Assembly: GCA_051306365.1 (NCBI GenBank)
Contig: JBPPNC010000105.1
Location: 27,340 to 91,339, forward strand
Origin: Solirubrobacteraceae bacterium
GTDB lineage: Bacteria; Actinomycetota; Thermoleophilia; Solirubrobacterales; Solirubrobacteraceae
Length of the DNA: 64,000 bases
Direction: 5' to 3'
How positions within the stretch are numbered: the first letter of the stretch is position 1; every line of letters begins with the position of its first letter. The position numbers and the translations under genes are program-made. Below are positions 36,803 through 43,990 of the stretch, piece after piece. The notes under the pieces were generated by a model. It was not told the DNA's origin. It saw nothing but the letters and a program-made list of their open reading frames with translations, and searched no databases.

Positions 36803-37556
36803 TCAGTCGTCCGGTGTCATCCGGCGCAGCGCCTCGTCGGTGGACGCCTCGTCGGGATGCGCGCTGGCGAGCGCCTTGCGGGCATCCTCCCGCGCGCGGG
36901 AGATGAGCTCGTCGGCCCGGGTGAAGTCGGTGGGCAGCACGTCGAGCGGCCACGGCGGCGGCAGCACGATCAGCTCGGCCTGGTCGCGCAGCGCCTCGAT
37001 CTCGAACCGCAGCAGCTGGTGCAGCAGCATCGCGGCGGCCTGCACGAACATCGCGATCGCGGCCTTCGGCGGGGCGCCCAGCTCCAGGCTCACCCCGGTG
37101 GGCAGCACGTAGATCCGGTCGCACCCGCGGGCGATGGCGTGCGTGATCGGTGTGTTGTTCGCCACGCCGCCGTCGACGGCCGGCCGCCCGTTGATCGAGA
37201 CGGGCGGGAAGACCCCGGGGATCGCCGAACTGGCGAGCGTCGCGTCGACGACCGGCCCGGTCTCCAGCAGGTGCTCCTCCCCGGACAGCAGATCGCACAC
37301 GACGACCCCGGTCGCGATCGGCATCTCCTCAAGCCGCCCGTGCGCGAGCTTCTCGGAGATGAGCCCGCCAGCCCGTCGTCGGGGAAGAAGTGGTTGCGCG
37401 GGTGCCGGGGGAAGACCTGCTCGCGCCGCAGGCCCCGCCAGATCGCCCGCCGACGAGGTAGTCGGGCGCGATCCCCCGCTCATACAGGGCCTCGACCATC
37501 CCGGCCTCGATGGCGCCGAGCGAGGCGCCGCCGGCGAGCACGAACGCGGTGGGCAT
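36803..37556 (-). pseudogene. patatin-like phospholipase gene, frameshifted and lacking the GXSXG nucleophile segment
   Basis: N-terminus FVLAGGASLGAIEAGMVEALYERGIAPDYLVG is in one frame, AIWRGLRREQVFP...DDGLAG in a second, and the C-terminal two-thirds (DGGVANNTP...) in a third. No G-x-S-x-G appears in any frame. Confidence 0.65.
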
Positions 37557-37781
37557 TGGTGCGAGCGTAGATCGGGGGGCGGTTGGATGGGCCGGGTGGG
37601 TCGCGTCCTCGTGTGCCGAGCGAGGCTCAGCTCCATGCCCGCCGTAGATCGCTGTGCACGAAGAGCGGGAACTCTGCTCAGCCCGTCCTACCTGACGGTG
37701 TCCGAGTTGTGGTGTGGCGCGCCACGCGTTGGTCGCGCGAGATATGCCTGGGCCGACAGGCGTGGCCCCGCGACGTCCCTC

Positions 37782-38414
37782 CTACCGCAACGTCGCCAGA
37801 CAGAGCCGTTCGGATTCCCGCAGCGCCTCATCCCGGCTGATCCCACCCGGATGCAGGTGGTCGGCGATGAGTTCGTGCATCGCCCCGAGCATCGCGATCG
37901 TGATCGCGTGAAAGTCCCGCTCGGGGATCTCCCCGCGCCCTGCGCGCATCGACAGCCGTGACGACAGCGCCGACGCGATTCGTCGCATGACGGCCCGCCG
38001 GTGGGCCTCCGTCGCCGGGCTCACGCCGACGGCCTCGATGAACAGCACGCGCGCCAGTCGCGGGTCGTCGACGACGACCTCGTAGAACGCTTCGAGCTGT
38101 GGGCGGATCGACACGGTCAGCGGGTCGCCGTCGTGGCGCCTGATCGCGATCGCCGAGGCGTCGTAGCCGCGCTTGACGACCTCGTCGTAGACGGCGAGCA
38201 GGAGCGCTTCGCGGTTCTCGAAGTGCTCGTAGAAGTAGCGAGAGGTGAGCCCTGCGCGCTCCAGTACGTCGCTGACCGTAGTCTGCGCGTATCCGCGGGT
38301 CCCGAGGAGTCCCAGGCCGGCTTGGAGCAGTCGTTCTCTCCGCTCGCGCCGCCGGTCCTCTGCCGAGACACCGCCGTACCTCCTCCCGGAAGTGGTGGCG
38401 TCCATGAGGTGCAT
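37782..38414 (-). CDS. TetR-family transcriptional regulator
   Basis: HTH TTVSDVLERAGLTSRYFYEHFENREALL. Confidence 0.88.
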   Translation of the reverse strand: MHLMDATTSGRRYGGVSAEDRRRERRERLLQAGLGLLGTRGYAQTTVSDVLERAGLTSRYFYEHFENREALLLAVYDEVVKRGYDASAIAIRRHDGDPLTVSIRPQLEAFYEVVVDDPRLARVLFIEAVGVSPATEAHRRAVMRRIASALSSRLSMRAGRGEIPERDFHAITIAMLGAMHELIADHLHPGGISRDEALRESERLCLATLR

Positions 38415-38522
38415 TGTGACTGGTCGTTCGGTTAGGAGTCTTCTCGACGATTGACCGCAAGCGCAAGCCGCCGTACAGGTCCTCCCACCGACGATGCTGC
38501 TGAACTGGGCCGGATCTGAGCG

Positions 38523-38700
38523 ATGGACTGCTCAGTGCTCACCTGGCGCGCTGACCGCGCGCCCGTGTGGCGTCCTGGCCTGCGCAATGCGGGCGTCGTG
38601 ATCGCGCTCGATGACGTGGGAGTCGACGCGTGCTCGCTCGCGCTCACGCCGTTCCCTTCTCCCGAGGTGTTCAAGCGAGACCGAAGCGCACCTCGAGCGG
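38523..38700 (+). pseudogene. EAL-domain relic
   Basis: LRNAGVVIALDDVGVDACSLALTPFPSPEVFKRDRS resembles the EAL core L...G..iAlDDFG.G.SSL..L...P.d.lKiDRS. No remainder of the domain was found on either side. Confidence 0.3.
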
Positions 38701-38783
38701 GCGCGCGCCGCGCCGTTGGAGCCCGACGACGTGCTCGAGTGGACGATGTGCGGGGCGGCGCGAACGAGGTCGACGGCGCAGAG

Positions 38784-38797
38784 TTAGGGTCGCCTTA
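38784..38797. promoter_or_regulatory. TTAGGGTCGCCTTA, a degenerate second copy of the TTAGG-N4-CCNAA element
   Basis: One mismatch to the pattern. It lies 56 nt upstream of the 38840 site. Confidence 0.2.
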
Positions 38798-38839
38798 CAC
38801 GGCCTGCGTCAAGTCCCTACCATCTCCACCGCCGGTTGG

Positions 38840-38853
38840 TTAGGTAGCCCTAA
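38840..38853. promoter_or_regulatory. TTAGGTAGCCCTAA palindrome, 17-30 nt upstream of the lipoprotein/FTR1 operon start; candidate iron-regulator operator
   Basis: TTAGG/CCTAA arms are identical to the outer bases of the DtxR/IdeR consensus but with shorter spacing. The same architecture occurs at 29503-29516. Confidence 0.3.
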
Positions 38854-38869
38854 GACGTAGGAGTCCACG

Positions 38870-39958
38870 TTGCGCGCGATCCCCATGTTCACCGCGGTTG
38901 CCCTCGCCGCCGCGATCCTTCCCGGCTGCGGCGGCGACGATTCCTCGTCCGCCGAGAAGCCCGCAACGACGACCGCGGAGACCGCGCAGCTCGCGTCGAT
39001 CAAGGACTACCTCCTCGACCACACCGCCGAGCTCACCGTGCAGACGGGCACGCTGAACGAGCAGGCCCAGCAGTACTACGCCCTCGCGAAGGCCGCGAAC
39101 TTCGATCACGAGAAGATGCTCAGCGAGAACCCCGAGGAGGTCGCCGAGCTCGTCACCGCGATGCAGGCGACCTGGCGCAAGGCCAACCCGGCGTACGAGG
39201 AGGCCGAGGGCGTCGTCGCGGGCGTGCCGTCGCTGGCCGAGTACGACGTCATCCTCGACGCCGGCTCGTCGGGCGAGGACCCCGAGAGTGCCGTGCCGTT
39301 CGACCTCACGTACCCCGACGGCACCGTGCTGCGGAAGCCGGGCAACTACTTCTTCCTGACCGAGACGTCGCTGTGGGGCACCGAGGAGAAGTTCGCCGCC
39401 AAGGGCGTGAAGGCCGACCTGGACGGTGACGGCAAGGTCGAGTACGGCGAGGCGCTGCCCGATGCCAACCACATCGCCGCCGCCGCCAAGGGCTTCGATG
39501 AGCAGGCGACGAAGCTCGACGCGTCGTCGAAGGCGTGGGAGCCGACCGAGGAGGACGTCTTCAACGCCGTCGTTGTCATGACGCCGACGATGACCGAGTA
39601 CTTCGAGGCGTGGAAGAACTCACGCTTCGTCGCGGGTGACGAAGCGGAGGAGGCAAGCTTCGTCGGCACGTCGCGCCTACAGGACATCGCGGGCATCCTG
39701 TCCGGCCTCACGGTGGTCTACGACGGGATCGAGCCGCGCGTCGCTGAGGAGGATCCCGCCCAGGCCAAGCAGGTCGGCGACAACCTCGACGCGCTGCTGG
39801 CCTACGTGGAGGACCTCCGCGACCAGGAGGCCGACGGCACGCAGTTCACCGCCGAGCAGGCCGACACATACGGGACGGAGGCGCAGAAGCGCGCCGAGGC
39901 GATCGCCGGGCAGGTCTCGCAGTCCGCCGCCGCGCTGGGGATCGAGGTCGAAGCCTGA
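38870..39958 (+). CDS. imelysin/EfeO-like lipoprotein (iron-uptake accessory)
   Basis: AGGAG lies 6 nt before TTG 38870. Lipobox AAILPGCGG. An FLTETSLWG block resembles the imelysin E..LWG motif. Its last base overlaps the FTR1 gene start by 1 nt. Confidence 0.7.
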   Translation: MRAIPMFTAVALAAAILPGCGGDDSSSAEKPATTTAETAQLASIKDYLLDHTAELTVQTGTLNEQAQQYYALAKAANFDHEKMLSENPEEVAELVTAMQATWRKANPAYEEAEGVVAGVPSLAEYDVILDAGSSGEDPESAVPFDLTYPDGTVLRKPGNYFFLTETSLWGTEEKFAAKGVKADLDGDGKVEYGEALPDANHIAAAAKGFDEQATKLDASSKAWEPTEEDVFNAVVVMTPTMTEYFEAWKNSRFVAGDEAEEASFVGTSRLQDIAGILSGLTVVYDGIEPRVAEEDPAQAKQVGDNLDALLAYVEDLRDQEADGTQFTAEQADTYGTEAQKRAEAIAGQVSQSAAALGIEVEA

Positions 39959-42345
39959 TGCGCCCGGTCCTGATCGCGCTCGTCGCGCTGCTGGTCACCG
40001 CTGCGCCGGCTGCGGCCGAGCAGCCGTGGCGGGCGGCCGAGCAGGCGCGGAAGGACCTGTTCGCGGCGCAGACGTCGCTGGACACCGGTGACCCGGCGGG
40101 CGCGCGCGCCGACGTGGCGCGCGCTGCGCGGCGACTGCGCGCGGGCCTCGGCGATGCCGGGGACGCCGCGTCGCGGCGCGTTCTGCGCGCCGCGCTGGCC
40201 GACGCGCGGGCCGCGGTCCATGCCAACGACCCGCTGGCGCTGGCCGCCGCCCGCGGCGAGGTTCAGGCTGCGGGCTTCGGGATCGCCGCCGACGAAACGC
40301 TGGCCGCCACCGGGGCGGGGGACGCGGCCGCGGCCCGCCGCTGGCTGCTGCTGCGCGACTACCGCACCGCGACGCGCTTCACGCGCCCCGGCGTCGACGC
40401 GACGCTGGCGATCCGCGCGCTGGCCGAGCGCCGCACGAACCCGCGCCGCGCGCAGCTCATCGTCATCAAGGACCTGCTCGACGCCTACCAGGCCAAGCAG
40501 CGCGAGCTGCTGACCGACGCCGAGAGCGCCCGCCGCCGCGGGTTCGCCGCGGCGCAGGCCGAGGCCGCCGGCCAGGCGGCGGGGTCGTTTGGCATCCTCG
40601 CCGACCGGTACGAGGAGGAGCGCGGCACGGAGAACACCACCGCTGCCCGGGCCCGCTTCGCCGCGCTGCGCGACGCCGCCGTCGAGGGCGACGCCGCCGC
40701 GTTCGCCGCCGCCCGCACCGGCATCGCCCGCGCGATGGACGGCTTCACCGCCGCGCCCTTCACGGCGCGGGAGCAGGCGCGCCGCGCCAACCAGCTCGTG
40801 CGCTTCGTGTCCCTCATCCCGATCGAGTACCGCGACGGCACCGAGGACGGCCGCGTGACCGTCGAGTTCGAGTTGCAGGAGGCCCGCGCGTTCCTCGACG
40901 GCGCGAACGCTGCGTATGCCGACCTCGCCGACGCCATGCGCCGCCACGACCCGCAGGCCGCGGCCGCCGCAAGGGCCGGCATCGCCGCGCTCGGCCGGGC
41001 GGTCGCCGACGCGGCCGAGGGCAGGAAGGTCATCGACGAGGACGACGTCAAGACGCGCTCCGAGGACACGCTCGAGGATCTCGACACCGCGTTCCCGAAG
41101 GCGTGGAAGGAGACGAGCGACGAGTCGGACTTCGACCTCATCGACCTGACCCTCGACCGGCTGGAGAGCGCCGTCGCCGCCGGCCAGTACCAGCAGGCCG
41201 AGCAGGCGCGGCTGGAGATGTACGCGTTCTTCGAGTTCGGTCCCGAGCTGCGGCTGCGGCCGTTCGACCCGGCGCTCGCCGCCGACGTCGAGGGGCTCGT
41301 CTGGTTCGGCGCGCGGGACACCGACGGGCTCGCCGCGCTCATCGCGCAGCGGGCCCCGATCCGTCAGGTGAAGGAGACCCGCGAGGCGCTCGACGAGGCG
41401 CTGAGCGAGTCGAAGGCCACGCTCGGCGACGGCGCGTCCGAGGCGACGATCATCACGAACGCCGCGATCATCGTCTTCCGCGAGGGGCTCGAGGCGGTGC
41501 TCATCCTCGCCGCGATCACCGCGTCGCTCATCGGCGTCAACCGCCGCAAGCGCCGGCCGATCTTCATCGGCGCGATCTTCGGCCTGATCGCCAGCGCGAT
41601 CACGTGGGTCCTCGCGCAGTTCGTCCTGGAGTCGCTGTCGCAGTACGGCGAGAAGCTGGAGGCCATCGTCGGCGTGATCGCAATCGGCGTGCTGCTGCTC
41701 GTCATGAACTGGTTCTTCCACCGCGTGTACTGGAGCCAGTGGATCGGCGGGTTCCATCAGAGGCGCAAGGAGCTGCTGGCCGAGGAGAAGGCGGGCGAGC
41801 GAATCGGGTTCTGGTCGGCCTCCGTGCTGGGGTTCGGGATGCTCGGGCTGACGAGTGTCTACCGCGAGGGCTTCGAGACCGTGCTGTTCCTGCAGTCGCT
41901 GCAGCTGAGCGCCGGGACGGGCGTGGTGCTCGCGGGCGTGGCGCTCGGCCTCACCGCGGTCTTGGCGGTCGCCGTCGTGACGTTCACGCTGGAGCACAAG
42001 CTGCCCTACAAGAAGATGCTCGTCGTCACGGGCGTGCTGCTCGGCGTCGTGCTCGTGATGCTCGTCGGGCAGACCGTGCGCACCATGCAGGGGACGGGCT
42101 GGCTGCCGATCACGCCGATCGACCTCGACATCCCGTTCTGGGCCGGCACGTGGTTCGGGATCTTCCCGACGTGGGAGACGATCGGCGCGCAGACCGCGGC
42201 GTTCGCGTTCGTGGTGGGGTCGTACTACGGCGCGGAGTACGTGCGGATCAAGAAGCCGCAGAAGGCAGCGGCGAAGCGCCGCGCGGCGGCGGAGGCCGCG
42301 CAGCCGGTCCCGGCCGCCGAGCCCGAACCGGAGCGCGTCGCCTAG
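39958..42345 (+). CDS. FTR1-family iron permease with a ~490-aa N-terminal extracytoplasmic Ala-rich domain
   Basis: Signal peptide, then a long helical Ala-rich region, then a 7-TM FTR1 core with REGLE (41479-41493) and REGFE (41863-41877) motifs. Confidence 0.85.
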   Translation: MRPVLIALVALLVTAAPAAAEQPWRAAEQARKDLFAAQTSLDTGDPAGARADVARAARRLRAGLGDAGDAASRRVLRAALADARAAVHANDPLALAAARGEVQAAGFGIAADETLAATGAGDAAAARRWLLLRDYRTATRFTRPGVDATLAIRALAERRTNPRRAQLIVIKDLLDAYQAKQRELLTDAESARRRGFAAAQAEAAGQAAGSFGILADRYEEERGTENTTAARARFAALRDAAVEGDAAAFAAARTGIARAMDGFTAAPFTAREQARRANQLVRFVSLIPIEYRDGTEDGRVTVEFELQEARAFLDGANAAYADLADAMRRHDPQAAAAARAGIAALGRAVADAAEGRKVIDEDDVKTRSEDTLEDLDTAFPKAWKETSDESDFDLIDLTLDRLESAVAAGQYQQAEQARLEMYAFFEFGPELRLRPFDPALAADVEGLVWFGARDTDGLAALIAQRAPIRQVKETREALDEALSESKATLGDGASEATIITNAAIIVFREGLEAVLILAAITASLIGVNRRKRRPIFIGAIFGLIASAITWVLAQFVLESLSQYGEKLEAIVGVIAIGVLLLVMNWFFHRVYWSQWIGGFHQRRKELLAEEKAGERIGFWSASVLGFGMLGLTSVYREGFETVLFLQSLQLSAGTGVVLAGVALGLTAVLAVAVVTFTLEHKLPYKKMLVVTGVLLGVVLVMLVGQTVRTMQGTGWLPITPIDLDIPFWAGTWFGIFPTWETIGAQTAAFAFVVGSYYGAEYVRIKKPQKAAAKRRAAAEAAQPVPAAEPEPERVA

Positions 42346-42350
42346 CCCTA

Positions 42351-42399
42351 GGGGTGTGCGCATTGCGGTTCGGGAGGCGAACCAGAATGCTCACACCCC
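42351..42399. terminator. long imperfect hairpin between the convergent FTR1 and TerC genes
   Basis: GGGGTGTG...CACACCCC outer stem plus an inner GCATT..GGTTCG/CGAACC..AATGC stem. It overlaps the TerC stop codon. Confidence 0.45.
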
Positions 42400-43326
42400 C
42401 GCCTCGCGCTTGAGTCGCCGCTCCCGCCAGAGGCTCGTCACGACGCCGCCGCCGAGGATGAACACGATGCCCGGTAGCGAGTACTCCGGCCCGATCTTCC
42501 CGACGAACTCCGCGAGCACCATCTTCGCGCCGATGAACACGAGCAGGAGCGCCAGCGCCATCTTCAGGTAGTAGAGCCTCTCCACGAGCTCGGCCACGAG
42601 GAAGAACAGCGGCCGCAGGCCCAGCAGCGCGAACGCGTTCGCCGCGAAGACGATGAACGGGTCGGGCGTGATTGCGAGGATCGCGGGCACCGAGTCGACC
42701 GCGAAGATGATGTCGACGATCGCGATGCCGATCAGCGCCGCGCCGCCCGCAGTGAACATCCGCCTGCCGTCGATCTTCAGCCACAGCTTGCCCTCGGCCT
42801 CGGGTGCGGTGGTGATCGGCAGGCGTCTCTGCAGCTTCTCCACGAGCTCGGTCTCGCCGTCGTGGTCGTGGCGGTGGCGGAGCATCCGGATGCCGGTCCA
42901 GATCAGGAAGGCCGCGAAGATCAGGCTCACCCAGCTGAACGCGCTGAGCAGCGCCGCGCCGGCGACGATGAAGATGCCGCGCAGGACGAGTGCGAGCACG
43001 ATGCCGTACGTCAGGAGGCGGTACTGCTCCCTGGCCGCGATCCCGAATGCACTGAAGACGAGCAGGAAGACGAAGACGTTGTCGAGCGACAGCGACTTCT
43101 CGACGAGATAGCCGGCGAGGTACGCGCTCGCGTCGCCCGAGTCGCCGAACAGGAACAGGACGACGCCGAAGCTCAGGGCGATCAGCACCCAGAAGACGCT
43201 CGCGAACGAGGCTTGCCGGAGGGACATCGCGCCGTCGCGGCCGCGCATCACGAGCAGATCGAGCGTGAGCAGCACGGCGATCGTGCCGAAGAGGCCGATC
43301 CAGGGCAGAACGTCAGCTGAGAACAT
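42391..43326 (-). CDS. TerC-family integral membrane protein
   Basis: ATG 43326 (MFSADVLPWIGLFG...). TerC-like helices with SLDNVFVF and AVDSVPAI motifs. The ORF-track 74-aa N-terminal extension is unlikely to be coding. Confidence 0.85.
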   Translation of the reverse strand: MFSADVLPWIGLFGTIAVLLTLDLLVMRGRDGAMSLRQASFASVFWVLIALSFGVVLFLFGDSGDASAYLAGYLVEKSLSLDNVFVFLLVFSAFGIAAREQYRLLTYGIVLALVLRGIFIVAGAALLSAFSWVSLIFAAFLIWTGIRMLRHRHDHDGETELVEKLQRRLPITTAPEAEGKLWLKIDGRRMFTAGGAALIGIAIVDIIFAVDSVPAILAITPDPFIVFAANAFALLGLRPLFFLVAELVERLYYLKMALALLLVFIGAKMVLAEFVGKIGPEYSLPGIVFILGGGVVTSLWRERRLKREAGV

Positions 43327-43359
43327 CGAAAACCTCGCGGGTCGAGTCAGGTCGGTCCG

Positions 43360-43461
43360 CGAAGGTTTCTCCGCCCTCAGATGAGGGCCGCGAGCACCGG
43401 GTGAGGCCTCGTACCGGGCCGCCGTCTTTGACGATGCTCGCCGTCGGGATACTTCCCTTCG
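43360..43461 (-). promoter_or_regulatory. possible yybP-ykoY (Mn2+) riboswitch-like leader
   Basis: ~102-nt element closed by CGAAGG...CCUUCG. 5' GGGAAGUAU compares with consensus GGGGAGUAG. An internal GUCAA is present. The 3' hairpin plus GGAGAAACCUUCG compares with GCAAGACCUUUCC. TerC genes are classic targets. The match is partial. Confidence 0.35.
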
Positions 43462-43565
43462 ACGAGAGACAGCGTAGCAAGCGATCAGACTCACGACAGT
43501 GATGTCGTCGCGTCCAGGCTGACCTACTCGCCGGACCATCCGGCGCATGTGACATCCCCGGCCAC

Positions 43566-43990
43566 GTGGTCGTGGAACTCGGCGACGGCAACGACTACGC
43601 GTACACGCTGCCGAGCGCGCCGAACGTCCCCCTCACCTTCGACGGCGGCGCCGGTACCGACAAGCTGAAGATCGCCGCGGCCCTCTCCGCGACCCTCATC
43701 GGCGGTGACGGCAAGGACGAACTCGAATCCGAGATCGGCGCCGACGTCCTGCGCGGCGGCGAGGGCGACGGCAGGAAGGTCACCGTGAAGGCGAAGGCGG
43801 GTAGGCGCACCGTTGCCACGGGGCGCGCGAAGGTCGCCGCGACGGCACAGCCACCGTGACCCTGAAGTTCACGAACGCTGGCAAGCGCGCCCTGAAGCGC
43901 AAGAAGACCGTGACGCTCACGATCACCGCGGGGGCGGTGACCGGGAAGGTCACGGCTCAAACGCCAGGACGCCAGGACACCAGCACCTGA
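43566..43990 (+). pseudogene. relic of a Ca-binding (RTX-like GG.G.D repeat) secreted protein, 5'-truncated and frameshifted
   Basis: FDGGAGTDKL, IGGDGKDEL and RGGEGDG repeats occupy frame 1. After a frameshift near 43850, a typical tail reads GTATVTLKFTNAGKRALKRKKTVTLTITAG. Confidence 0.45.

Noticed and set aside
36803-37556. Patatin gene considered as the effector of a CBASS or other defence system.
   Set aside because: There is no cyclase, sensor or other defence-type neighbour, and the gene itself is decayed.
38840-38853. A canonical 19-bp IdeR/DtxR box.
   Set aside because: Only 13 of 19 positions match in the best register. The site is therefore reported only as a related TTAGG-N4-CCNAA palindrome with low confidence.
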